Counted from the first letter of the whole stretch, positions 24,972 through 37,847 are shown. The stretch: DNA of 62,310 nt, filler included, from Sphacelaria rigidula (GCA_964200075.2; 11 parts of 11 records of this genome joined end to end with filler, not necessarily neighbours in it); one strand, 5' to 3'. Notes: a model not told the origin generated them from the sequence alone. Translations and numbers: made by a program.

Positions 24972-25740
24972 CATTATACGGCCAATACTTGGAGTTGGAC
25001 CCTGAAATTTGGTATGGACAATGAGTAGGGCATAATGAAAATAATTACTGGCGCACACAAGGGTTCAGATATCGGTAAAATGCCCCTAACTCATGAAAAA
25101 CAAAAATCCCTAGTGTGCGCTAGTAATTTTCTCTATTATGCCCTACTCATTGTCCATACCAAATTTCAGGGTCCAACTCCAAGTATTGGCCGTATAATGG
25201 GCCGTTTAGTGACAGGGTCAGAAGAAATTCGGAACAGTATTTTGCAGGCCATTTACCGGTCCACGTTTGGTGTTTGTGTATTGAAACCTTGTGTGGGCGC
25301 TCTCTAAGGCATAATCAACAAAAAAGGGGATCAGTTTAATTTTTTCCAATTTTTCCCAGTGGTTTAGGGCGTTCTACTATGGTGAAGACCATATTTCACG
25401 AGAACGCCCTAACCTCTATGAAAAATAAAATAAAATGGAAGGCCCATTATTTGTTTTCATTCGGCACTTTTTTGTGGTTCTCCACACCAAAATTTGTCGC
25501 CATCCGCCAAATGCATCGATCGGGAGTTTCATAGAGATTTTAGTATTGGCGCTATTTCCCTTAGGTATAGGAATTACTAGACATAAGGTTTAATCAACGA
25601 AAAAAATTGGGCCCAAACTTTTGAGCAGATGGGCACCCTCCCCTTGATTAGACGATTAATACGATATGCGGATCACGGTCCAACTCGTCTGTGTCGATGA
25701 GATATTGCTTTTAGAGCTTAAATCCGTTTTTAGGCTGACC
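24972..25740. mobile_element. foldback-type repeat (copy 2) with ~65-bp perfect inverted repeat
   Basis: 24972-25036 is the reverse complement of 25135-25199; downstream similarity to ~3120-3395 and 4030-4232. Confidence 0.7.
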
Positions 25741-25869
25741 CAGCTCGTACAGTGTGGACTAGCGACAGGTTTTGAAGGCTGTATGTCTGGTGGTCTCTCT
25801 CGCTCCCTCATTTTTTTTCATGATCTTTTCTGCACCCCGTACGCAAATTTGTTCTCATGTGATGAGCAG

Positions 25870-25980
25870 ATCGGCGTGTATCACAAGGACATCGATTTTG
25901 CGTACAAGCCGTTCCTCTCTCTCCTCGGAACGGGTATCGTCACGTCGGACGGGCAGAAATGGCGCAAGCAGAGGAACAAG
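25870..25980 (+). CDS. cytochrome P450 exon (B'-C helix region)
   Basis: IGVYHKDIDFAYKPFLSLLGTGIVTSDGQKWRKQRNK contains the G-x-G-I/L-x-T-S-x-G-x-x-W-x-x-x-R P450 motif. gcag| acceptor, AAG|GTACCC donor, 111 bp. Confidence 0.8.
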
Positions 25981-28900
25981 GTACCCAGCTGAGCATGAAT
26001 GGTCCCTCTTCTGTGTGTGATTTATTCTGTGAGCTTTTCAGATCGAACTAGATCGTTGCCGCAATCCTCTCTCGCCACACCATGAGCGTGCCAGGTACCA
26101 GGTACCCAGTACAACGAGGGTGTCGCTATGGAACATTCAGCACTTCCCCATGGTGATGGTTAGACACCTCGTAGGAATCGCTGTCAAAACGATGTTTGCA
26201 ATATGCCCGCCAGGTTTTTATTTCGCCAGCTACGCGTGTCCTATCGTGCTGCCATATGCGGCATAAACACTGGCTGTACAGCATGCTGCGAACGTGACAC
26301 TGGAGGCTACTTGTGTGTGGTTGCTCAGCAGTTAGAGTTGAGGGAATTCATGATGAAGAGAAGACGCAACAGTCGGCAGGAAGCGCGTCAGTGTTGACAG
26401 GATCATGTCTTCGCGGTGCGCTCCATGTGTGCAAAAATCTCGCCTTAGTATTGGTCGCGGAGCGTGTCTTTTGCTTACAGTGAGGAGAAAGTGCCGCAGA
26501 GTAATGTGGGGCATGGTGGTAAAGACGCTGCAGCAGTTGTTGTTCAGATGTTGCCTGTTTTTATATTCAACGACGAGAACCTTGCTGCCGGTTGCGCGAT
26601 GAATGATGGGCGGGATTATTCAGTGCGGCTCGTTTATCAGGATTGGCAGGACCCTCGGGTTACGGTGTGCTTTACTGTCCGTGCATGCATGCACTCCGCA
26701 TACATTGCGATCTAGAGTGGGCCCGACCGTTCAGTATGTGCATGCGTTGGCTGGAGGCATCAACACAGGTATAGCAGTCGAAGTCTCAATCGACTTCCTG
26801 AGTGAATCTTACTACCCTCCATTGTATAATTTCTCTTTGGAGTGAAAGCCGCGTCGTGTTCCTATTCTGTGCGGCAACAAGGCTGTCCTGCATCGTGCTC
26901 TTTGATCCTCACGATCAACCGAAGACGCGTTCTGCTGGCTCGTCGTTAGGGAGAGGAACCCTGCCTGTCATGAAAATCCACCACCCACTCGAAGAACGAT
27001 ATGCAGTCAGTGTGGACCGGATCCCACATAAGTAAAAAAACTAGTGCAGTACACCACTGTACGGTACAGTCACGTGTAGTAGCATAAAAATACCAAAATA
27101 TGCCCATCTGTGTGCGGACCTGTCACCCATGCACGTGGCTCCCACCGCGATATCAGCGACATGTCGGGGGTTTTGAGTCAAAAGCAATCACGGGCAAAGA
27201 AGAAGCAGAGAGATGTGGCAGCCAAATCCATATGTTGCGAAATTGGGCCTGTCGTGAACGGTGGTGGATGCTAGCGGCGTGTACCCCCGATCACGCCGCT
27301 GCCCATCGTGGCTGGAGGGGGTGTCCAGGAGTGGTAGCATCTGCCACTCATTGCTGCGTCACTCGGCCGTCGCATGAGCGGGGGCCCTTTTTTTCGCTGG
27401 GCCACTTGTTGGTGTTTTTTTGTTCCGGATATGTTCGACATGTGAAGGGGTGGTCAGACTTTCCGTAAATCCAGGGGTTGGAAGATGCTGGGGATTTCAA
27501 AGAGGAGTGTTGTACTAAAATTGAGTCTCGAAAAAATCGCGGAAGATTCTACTCTATCGTCAAGTCATTTTATCCCCTCGACACCCGTAGAGCCAACGAC
27601 ATAACGTTTGATCTTGATTTTGTTGGCGCCAACCAACTCAGTCGTCCATGGGAATCTTGGTATGCTTTCCTCCGTAAAAGCACATTCGATTTTGGTCACT
27701 AGCCGCTTGGTCGCTCGCCCCTGCCGATGTGACTGGTTCAGTGCCCGCCGCAGAACTAACCCAACAGTTGTGAACACTATCTTGAAGCTGTAGTGTGACG
27801 TACCCAAGCCGTAAAGCATCGAGGCAATACCATAATGAAATAAAACATATGAGAACAAGCGTATGGAGAAATAAACGGAGTCCCACATGAAGGGTGCCTC
27901 GCAGTCAATTCCTCATGATATAAAAGTTGCGTTGACGACAACGAAGTCTTACCGTGTGTAGTGTGATCAACAGTGTATCCCCTCCCTACGTCCGCCTGTG
28001 CAACCTCCTCCGATGAGCTCTTTTGAAAAGTGAAGTACATGGCAACTTCGCCAGTATGCTGCGACACAGTAACTCTCCTAGAAATGTGTTTCACTTCCCT
28101 GTGTTGTAGTTCACTCGAGGTTTCGAAACACTGCGTTCTCGGCGACGCACGTCCGTCCGTCTACTCTGATCCCCCCCCCCCCCCCCCCCCCCCTACATAG
28201 CATATGCTCCGTCTCGAAAGGGATGCGTGGTCAATGGTCAAATGACTAAGGCAAGCAACAAATGAGTACGCNNNNNNNNNNNNNNNNNNNNNNNNNNNNN
28301 NNNNNNNNNNNNNNNTTAATTAATTAANNNNNNNNNNNNNNNNNNNNNNNNNNNNNNNNNNNNNNNNNNNNCTTGCGGTCCACAATTAGACGGAAAATGG
28401 TTGTCGGAATTGTCACCTTTTGATTTCACGGGAGAAGGCAAGACTATAGATGAGACGAGATACGTAAGCACCTCGCGATCGCTCCCGTTCGCTGACTGCG
28501 CGTCGATAGAAGACGAATCACCCCGTCGTTCCCCCAACATTCGCCGTCCGTCCGTACGCTTGCAGTTCCCAGGCGCTGCTCGCATACATTCCGTGCCCAC
28601 AGATGTTCAGATGAACCTTCAGCCGTCGGTAGGTATCACACCTATCGAAGCCCCAACGAGGAAGCCTTCTCCCATCACACCTGCCCAAGTCAGTGAGAGG
28701 CCGGAAGTGGAAGAGGTGCTCATCGCCGGGGGGGACAAACCCTCGTTCACGGTGAAAACTGCAGTAGACACGTCGGCATTCAAGAGGGCGATCCAGATAT
28801 TGACAAACTCATCCGCGCTGAAACGCGCACAGGAGGAGGACCCGTTCCTGGTGCAGGTAAGATCGATACTAAAGGCAGAGAAGGAACACTGTACGAATGG

Positions 28901-29364
28901 CAAGGATGGCAAGGATGGCAAGGATGACAAGAGTATGGTGAGTACAGACGAGGTGCAGGGGGGAAAGGAGGTGCCCAATACGAGTGATGCAGATTGCGAG
29001 ATTGTGGCGAGTGCCGACGAGGTACCGGAGGAACCCAGTACGGAAAATGATGTCAAGATTAGGGTGAGTGACGACGTTGCACACCAATACAGTCTGGACG
29101 ATCAAGGTGTGGCGTGGCTAGCGAAGGACACTAAGAAACCGTTGCTAGCCATCCCGTCAGTTATGGTACCTGACATCTTGGCGTTGGTACACTCCCTACA
29201 TGGCCATATCGGAGTAGGAGCCACGCTGTCTTTGATGCGAGATCGCTTTTCTGGCCGTCAATTGTAAAGGATACCAGACTGTACGTGTTATCTTGCAGCT
29301 GTAGAAGGAGGAAGAGGTCCAATAGCTGTAAGATTGCGATGACACTGGGACGAGCTGTAGAACC

Positions 29365-29613
29365 GACAATTTCTACGATAACCCCTCCCAAAAGCAGCCC
29401 AATAGTGTCACGAAAAAAATGGCCATACAGCGCCTGATGTTTGGGTTCAGGCTCCATAAAGCGCCTCATATTGGCAATATTGGCTAGAACAAACCCAAGC
29501 GTGGGATTTCCCAGCTGCTCGTTGTGCTCGGCTTTTCCCACTTCGTTTTACGTGAAGATTTTGCCTCCGAAAACCATGCACTTTTGGGGGGGGGGGCTAT
29601 CGTAGAAAGTGTC
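29365..29613. mobile_element. MITE family A, copy 2, inserted in Gypsy integrase, AACC TSD
   Basis: AACC|GACAATTTCTACGAT ... ATCGTAGAAAGTGTC|AACC; removal restores GRAVEPWEELEMDLL. Confidence 0.9.
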
Positions 29614-29627
29614 AACCATGGGAAGAG

Positions 29628-31016
29628 TTGGAGATGGACCTGCTGAGCATAGACACTGCATCGCTTACGAACAACAAGTGCATTCTTTTGATCGTAGACC
29701 GAGCCTCCAAGTTTCCTTTCGGCTTCCCACTTCAAACAAAGCAGGCTGAAAGTGTAGCTCGCATCTTTGCTGAACTCTGCTTGACATTCGGCGTCCCCCA
29801 CAAAATCCGCAGTGATGGAGGGAAGGAATTTAGAGCTGAGGTAGTGACACACCTGTGCAGGTGGCTGAAAGCAGGCATTGCTTTTGGGCCCTCTGATCAC
29901 CCCAGAGGCCAAGGAGCAGTCGAGAGGCTGGGGGGATGGCTACTGGACATGCTGGCAGAGCTGTGTAGGTCGTGGCCCCAGAGATGGGACGAGTACGTCT
30001 CCCCAGCGCTCTGGATCAAGCGTACCTTGCCAGACGTTTCCCTACCCTCAGACATGTCCCCGTTTGAGCTTCTGTTCGGTCGTGAACCTCGCACGTCTCT
30101 AGATTCGCTCATCCCCCTGAACCAGGAGAAGGAATCAAGTAACGGTCTGGATGCCTTCGTGGAGCAACGTAGACAAAACCTCAAGGAGGTACGTCTAGCT
30201 CTTGACAAAAGACATGTTGCGAAAGCATCGACTCGTGCGAAGATGAACGCCTCAATCCTGAGACCTTCTCCCGGAGTGGCGGCGAGAGAAGGGGATCTGG
30301 TCATGCTATGTGAATCAGACAGCACGATACATCGGGACGGCAAGGGGAGGAAACTGCAACACGAAAGGTACACGGGCCCCTGGAGAGTGAGGGAAGTGCT
30401 GATGACTGGCCTCAGTGTAGAGGTAGTCATGCAGGGGCGCAAACGCCGTACACGTAGAGTAGCAGTCTCCGACGTGAAACCCTTCCATGTTCGCCCACCG
30501 CATCTCAGGCACTCGATAGCCGACGAGTTCGCTCAATATGTATGGGGTTCAGATTGCAAATCCAACACCGCTCCTCCCCAAACTCAGGAGTTCGTCACTT
30601 TGGTGGACCGCCGAGAGATCTACTCCATGGCCGGCACGAAACAGTGGGAATACACGGCCAGGTCGTTGGAAGGGATGGTGTCAGCCTGGCTGCCAGAGAG
30701 CCAGCTCCGAAACAGCTTTTACTCTCTGGAACTAGACGCTTTCCACGCACTTTAGCACCTGTACAACCCTGCAATTGCACCCAATCCGCCCCCGCACTCC
30801 AAGAAGCGCCCCGCTCCCCTGTCGCGCAGTGACGCCTTGAAGCTTTTCCCAATAGGTGTTGCTTTCTGGAAAGACTTTCGAGGTCTCAAGGTCAAGGGTC
30901 AGGTGTATGACTACGGGAGTCGCTTTTGGCGAGTACGATACGAAGACGGAGACTGGGAGGAGCTATCCCGCCAGGAACTAGACCGCTTAACGCGGGAGAA
31001 AGGACCCCTACTTTGA
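29628..31016 (+). pseudogene. Gypsy integrase core with SH3/chromo-like and Tudor-like C-terminal domains
   Basis: ORF 29628-30755 continues in frame past one TAG to TGA at 31014-31016 (…KGQVYDYGSRFWRVRYEDGDWEEL…). Confidence 0.85.
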
Positions 31017-31088
31017 ACTGGAGTGGGAATGTCTAGGAAGAGTCGGTATATAGAATGGTACAGGATATCATTGCACAGGGAAGGGGGT

Positions 31089-31719
31089 TGTAAAATAAGC
31101 AAGAAGCATCGTTGGTACCGTACTCTTCAGTGTGAATTGCGAGTGTGCCTGTTTTTGTTTCTTTTTTTTCTTTGTCGTTCCTTGGCCTTGTCTGGTTCCC
31201 ATTTTGTAACATGCAAATACATTAACGAGCCAAGGCGCGTGGGCTCTATTCGTAGCATAAACATCAGTAGTTACAGGCAAGCACTTCTCAAAAGCTACAC
31301 TCCTGTAACTATTGATGAGTTCGTGGAAAAGTTGTTTTTGGCGAATACAACGTAAGTTGGATGTAGTTAAAGCCCCGCACTACCCTGGAATTCAGTGAAA
31401 CTGATCTGGGGTGTCGACGCGCGATGAAGCTAATTAGCTAATCGTTCTCCAGTCTAACTGAGATCCCGGGAAAACGACAGCGATCGCACTGGTCTGCGGT
31501 TTCTGTCGATTGGAAAGGGCGCTAGAGATTTTTTCCCTTTCCTACCGGATAGGGTTTCCCCCGTCTAACGGGTTTCACCTATTCATTAGATACCGAGTTT
31601 TCCCCTGCAACATTTGTTGCAGGTTTTTCTCGTTTCCTTATTTTCAGGTGTTGATGCACAGGCTTCGTTTCCCACATTTCTTTCGCTCAGCCTTATTAAA
31701 AGGCTGGGGGGATGTTACA
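31089..31719 (+). repeat. Gypsy 3' LTR
   Basis: TGTAAAAT ... ATGTTACA termini directly after the polypurine tract. Confidence 0.7.
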
Positions 31720-31859
31720 GATTTATCGGTTATGGTCCAGTCGAGTAGATTTGATGTGTCATACTCTTACGTGTCTAGCCCGACAGGTCATGGGCCATTC
31801 TGAGTCTGTTTGATTTCGAGAGTGCCCCCCCCTACTCGGGCACAGTCTTTTGGGAACTC

Positions 31860-32140
31860 ATATCAACGCACACGTAGCAGCTATCAGCCGGTTGCCAATA
31901 ATACAAGAAGTATTAGCACTATCTCGGACTGCTATCTCAGAGGAGCCTTTGGCCTTCACAAATGTAAGCCCGCATTGCCCGCACCATATGGGTCTTGTCT
32001 CCGGCGTGAACCATGGGCATGGCGCCTGGTCATTGGTGTGTGGGTTGACTCCCCACATGGTAAATCGAGCTCAATGGCTTCGATACTAATGATTGTGTTT
32101 GAGCAGCTAGCCTCGTGCCCACTGAACTGGCACCATTCCC
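31860..32140. repeat. dispersed repeat; inverted copy at ~44255-44520
   Basis: ctcaatggcttcgatactaatgattgtgttt / aaacacaatcattagtatcgaagccattgag, plus further shared blocks. Confidence 0.65.
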
Positions 32141-34299
32141 AGCTAGAGTATCGAGCCATGATATTCCCCTGACTTGGTTGGTCGATGGGTAGGTATCTCG
32201 ACTGCATGAAGTATTGCACGATCCACTCTCCCTTGGAGTGTAGGTTGAATTCCCTTAACTTTGCAGGTTGACGATGAAGTGTGCTTGTTGTCATATCGGG
32301 TGGATGGCTCGATTGCATGATGATCTCGGTATGTGACCGACATTGGGACCTTTTTACAAGGACGTACCGTTCCCAACGTTGAAGTATTGCAATGCTCGCT
32401 TTCCCTGAGAGGGTAGGTTGATGTTCCCCAGCTTGGTTGGTAGACGGGTAGGTATCTTATCTTGATTGCATAAGAAGTAGTGCACGATCCACCCTCCCTT
32501 GGAGTGTAGGGTGAATGTTCCTAACTTGGTCGGCTGATGGCGAAGTGTATTTTCGGTACTTGTTTATCTGCGGATAGACCCACTTTTTTGGCGCTGGGGT
32601 CATGTTTACACGAAGAGCCGACCTGGTCCAATATATTCCATGTTTTTCTTCACCTGTGGGGTGTGGGACCGGAGCACCGTTCCCAGCCAGCATGGGTGTT
32701 GACAAATTATGGAGACCATCTCAAAAGGTGCAGTACGGGTGGGACGCTATACCACTGGCTTGGTTGTACAGATGATATCGGCATTTAGTGATCTCAGTGA
32801 AGTACAGAAGTACCCATGTGATTGATGACGACCAGTTGAACCCTAAGGCATATACTCCGTAGAGTCTAAAATTCTTGGTTTGATGATATTGCTTGGTCCT
32901 TCATTTTTACAGAGTAGAGAGGGACACTGCTCCTTGTGAAACTGCTGGACTGCCCCTCGATTTTGATTCCCCCACCAAAAAAACAAACGGGGTAGACACG
33001 AGAGGTGTCAAAGTGCGTTTGGTCGCGGCTTGTGGCATTGATGGTAAATTAAGTGGGGTGTACTCATGATCATGCACGCCATAGTCATAAGACCATTGAC
33101 CTCGCATCCCAACAAAGCCGGGACGGAGCACGCCGGGTTTTCGCGGGACCAGGCTTGCACTCAAACCACCAAGGGCGAAGTGTCGTGGTGTGTTCGGCGA
33201 GGCGCATGAAGGGGGGGGGGCTGTTTGAAAAGGAACAGTAGTTACCGGTGCCCTGTGGGGTACAGACTGAGTACACATAACGTATTCCGTATGTGGTAGA
33301 ACAAAAGACATGTTATGCATGACATGAGAAAAATAAGAAATGCTACCTTGAAACCGTTTTGGATGTAGTTTTGAGGCTGGGAGCGGGCAGAACTAGTACC
33401 ATGAGGTGATCAACAGGTGTTATTGCATGCCATGATGAAACAAGAACTGCTCATTTTTCACCCCACGTGATTGGCGGTCAATATATATATATATATATAT
33501 TGATGGCACTGGGATCATGTGCGGTGGTAGACATGCTGGCACCGCATGCCAAAACAAGAGTGTTGAGCGCAAATTGTTCTTGGTTGGCCTGAGTTGTAAC
33601 CTGGTGAACTGACCGAAACGTGCGCGAGCATGTCCACACATCATGGATAAACAAGTGTGTAACTGGAAGCAAGGATGCGCAAGATACAGAGGACTGTTGA
33701 TATGTGAATCTTTGTGGAAATATATGCTTTACTGTTCGATGAGAACGGTCGGTGGAGTGAGATATCACTATATAGATGAGATCTGGTAACTAATACGGTT
33801 TTGCATATTTCCCCAAATTGTCACTGTCTTGCGTCGAGCCTCAATTCCCGGTGAGGCTCAATATTTGAAATTGATTCTCCTGCGATAGGTGGCAAGCTAA
33901 TAACAGGGTTGCCAGAAAAATGAGAACGTATTTTGAAATGAGAATNNNNNNNNNNNNNNNNNNNNNNNNNNNNNNNNNNNNNNNNNNNNTTAATTAATTA
34001 ANNNNNNNNNNNNNNNNNNNNNNNNNNNNNNNNNNNNNNNNNNNNGTTCCATGGAGACCAGAAAGTGGACCGGGGAAAGGGGAGCGAACAAAGGAGAGAA
34101 GAAAAAAAAAAACTGAGCTCGTCCCCGGCATTAAACACGGGGTATGGCAAAACTACGTGGAGAGCTGAAGCAACCTCCCAGGATTGCCATCGCTTTAAAA
34201 CACGTATTGTAAGGCGTCGCGCCGGGTACTATTTCTGGTACCGTCACCGACCGAGACGGCGAGAAGCACACGGTTGCACTCTCGGTCATCACCGTGCCT

Positions 34300-37200
34300 G
34301 ACCTAGGACGGCGCTGATTTTTTGTAGCTACGGCATTGAACATGGTGGCAGTTTGAACGCGGCGGACCTGTAGCTTCGGACACATCAACCACAGAAGGCT
34401 GGATGTTCTGAAGAAGGTAGGCGACAGCGGCGTCGACTACGACGGGAACGTATCAACTTGTGATGTCTGTGCCATCCGCAAAAGCACACAACAAGCTTAC
34501 ATCAAGGGAGCTACAAACAACGTCGCCTGACCTTTTCAACTAGTCTACACCAATCTTAAGGGGTCCATCACCCGTCCCACGTTGAGGGGCTACGAGTACG
34601 TCAGCATGTTCATCGACCAGGTGGCCAAATGAAAGGAGATCTTCCCCATCAAGGACAAGAGCGACTCCATCGGAAAAGCACACAACAAGTGGACTTCAAG
34701 CAGGCTCCAATCAATATCGACGGTCCTTTTCAACTAAGGCGCACTAATCTCAAGGGGTCCATCACCCGTCCCATGTGGAGGGGCTACATATACGTTAGCA
34801 CGTTCACCGACCAGGTGGCCGAGTGAAAGGAGATCTTCCCCATCAAGGACAGGAGCGACTCCATCGACTCCCTGGAAATGTTCGCGCAGGCGGTCGTAGT
34901 CCCCAGTTAATTGCGAGTGGAGTGCCTCCGCTCCGCACGGATAGAGACGGGGAGTACATCTGTGGTGCGTTTAAGGCCTACTGGCTTCAGACTGGTATTC
35001 AACATGCATGAGTTCACCTCAACAAGCGCACCGTAGCAGAACGGTGCTTGCGAGCGTGATGACAGAACTCTCGTCGATATGGTACGCTGCCTTCTTACGG
35101 AGTCTGGCCTGCCGTTTTCTGTGGGGAGAACCCATGGAAACCGCGGAATATCTACGAACAGGGTGCCGCATGTTGCGCTGGGAAATACCAGACCATACAA
35201 ATTCTTTGACGGCAAGGAAGCAGCCTTAAGCACCTTCGGGTCATCGGCGCCAGGGCGTTTGTTCACCTTAAAACGCACACCCAGAAGCTCCATGCCCAAG
35301 CCTGGGAAGGACGGCTCTGTGGATACAGCACGGACAGCAAGTCGTTTCGGATCCACAATCCAGCCAAGGATAGCGTTCAAGAGAGCATGAACGTCATTTT
35401 TATCGAGGCACAGTGACACTTTCTACGATAGCCCCCCCCGGAAAAGTACCTGGTTTGGGGAGGCAAAACCTCCACACAAATCGAAATGGGAAAAGTCGAG
35501 CACAAAGAGCAGCTGAGAATTCCCACGCTTGGGTTCGTTGTAGCCAATGTCGCCAATATGAGGTGTTTCATGCAGCCTGAACCCGAACATGAGGCGCTGA
35601 ATGGCCATTGTTTTCGCAACAAGTTTCGGCTGGTTTGGCGGGGGGGATATCGTAGAAAGTGTCCGGTCTACCCTGCGGGATCCTGATGCGCGATTTTAAC
35701 GTCATTGATTTCACGTGCGAGAACTACGACGAAAATGTGAGACATGTGAGGACTACACTTCACCTCTCGATATTAATCCGCCGCTTAAACATATCGCGGG
35801 GATCGATCCATAGGGGTTGGATAACGGCGGACGCTTGGACATTGTGCAGAGAGTCCGCGAAATTACCGCCCGTGATCTACCCCATGCACTGGGGTGGCGC
35901 TTGCATCGCCACCGAGAGATTCGCCGGCGCAACTTGTGCCTAGTGGAGAATCCGGAGGAGCATCTTCAAGTACCTCAGGGACAGCATATCCGTCTGCTGC
36001 CGCAGGTGTCTCACGCTCCAACACACGGAGCACGCCTTCCGCAAGAGCACCGAGTGCGCCGGGACGCCCGGTGCCCGATCCAGCGATCAACCTCTCGCCA
36101 ATCCCAACACGCCCGACGACGGGGTTACCACAACTGATTTCACTAGCATTCTGCACTGAGGAGGTGGTGGCGGACGTTGCCCACAACGAGGATACATACT
36201 GAAGGGTTAGGGTTAGGGTTAGGGTTAGTTTGTGGAGTACGCCCTCGCCGCGCTACGGGAAGCATAGCACTGAGAAGTCGCGTCCGACGAGGAGATAAAG
36301 AGTCTGTAGGAGCTCGGGGTCTACTGCCTGGTATCTTCCTCCAAACTTTTCCCGGGAATGAAGGCGATTGGGTCGAGGTGGGTGTACACGTTCAAGGCGG
36401 GCAGAACACACAAGGGGCGCCTGGTAGCCCAGGGTTGGAGTCAGGTGCCGGGAAGGGATGCGGCGGCACTTTCGCTTCGGTCTGCAAACTACGGAGCATC
36501 CGCATGGTACTCGCCACGGCGACGTAATTGAACTGGAAGATCTACCAGCTGGACATGCGAACGGTGGTTTTTAGCGCGGACGTCGAGGAAGAGGTGTACG
36601 TCAAGATGGTGCCGGTCTACGAGATCACATACAAGGCAGGGGTTCCGCTCGTGATGAAGCTTAACAAGATTCTCCACGAGTTGACTCAAAGTCAACAGGT
36701 GGGGAACCATCGACTCGTATCTGGCGGAAATTCGATCCGTGCCTCTCAAGCCTGGCACATGCATCTACATATCCAACGATGACGACACGGTCATCATACT
36801 CTCCACATTGACAACGTTGTTTTACGCGGGGGAAATATTCCGAGGCTCGAGGTCATCAAGAAGAAGCTGGTGAGCCGGTTGAGGATGACTAACATGGAGA
36901 ACGTGTCAATCGTTCTCGGCATGCACATCAGGTGGGTCCGCGAGAAGGGCACACTGACCATTAACCAGCAGAACTACACAAAGCCCGTCCTGGAGAGTTT
37001 CGATATGGGGAGCTGCAATCCCCTGGGCATATCCGGGCTCGGGCCGGAGCTATCATCGCTGGAACAACCGGAGGAGAATATTTTCATCGCGGTATAAGAG
37101 TAGCGCTACCAGGGCATCACTCTCTCAGTGATGTGCCTTATTCGGGTCACTTGCTACGACTGCATGCACGCCATCAGTCCGCCAGCTCGCGCCATGTTGA

Positions 37201-37847
37201 AATTTTCAAAAATCCACATGGCTGCCGCAAAGCATCTTCTTCGCTACCTCGCTGGCACGACGGATAATAGGATCGCCTACAAGAAGGGAGTATTCGCTTT
37301 CACAGGGTTTGGACTCCACCTGGGGCAACAATCGCGACAACGGCAAGTCGATGTCATCGTACATCACGACGATGATAAAGGCTCTGGTGAGCTTCAAGTT
37401 GGGGCTACGGAGTCTCACGGCCATGTCGGCCATGGAAGCCGAGGTGGTGACTGTGGCACTGGCGATGAATCAGTACGGGTACTTGAATATGATGACGGAA
37501 TTGGATTCGAGGTGGAGTTTGACAGCGTGTCATTGTACATCGACATCATCGCTACGCTATGCGTCATGGGCAACCGGACATTTAGCGCTAGCACGAAGCA
37601 CGTAGCCTTGCGGGTATTTTACGTACTCAAAATTGTGAAGGAGGGCAAGATCAAGATCCACTATGTATCCACGGAGCAGCAACTCGCTGATACCGACATG
37701 AAATACCTGAACAAGAAGCGTCACCGATACCTTATGGACAACATTTAGAGCTTTGGATTCCGCATAGCAAATGAGTATCTTGGTTAACAACCTTTAACGC
37801 CAACCACATCATCATCAGAGGAGATAGGGGGGGGGGGGGGGGGGGGG
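34300..37847 (+). mobile_element. degenerate Ty1/Copia retrotransposon (GAG-pre-integrase, integrase, RT, RNase H, PPT)
   Basis: FGHIN...CDVCAIRKS; LRTDRDGEY; MVRCLLTESGLP; NWKIYQLDMRTVVFSADVEEEVYV; HMAAAKHLLRYLAGT; TKHVALRVFYV..QLAD. Many stops and frameshifts; G-rich PPT at ~37820-37847. Confidence 0.9.
35415..35663. mobile_element. MITE family A, copy 3, inserted in Copia
   Basis: CAGT|GACACTTTCTACGAT ... ATCGTAGAAAGTGTC|CGGT. Confidence 0.88.

Larger units (their letters stand above)
28372..31719 (+). mobile_element. Ty3/Gypsy LTR retrotransposon, 3' half (integrase, PPT, 3' LTR), disrupted
   Basis: Zn-binding HSLHGH...CSC (frameshift ~29250), rve core (MDLL..IVDRASKF..SDGGKEF..GQGAVER), RYTGPWRV motif, in-frame TAG at 30753, PPT AGGGAAGGGGG, then LTR. 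Confidence 0.9.

Noticed and set aside
26464..27702. Possible further P450 exons downstream of 25980
   Set aside because: ORFs here show no P450 motifs.
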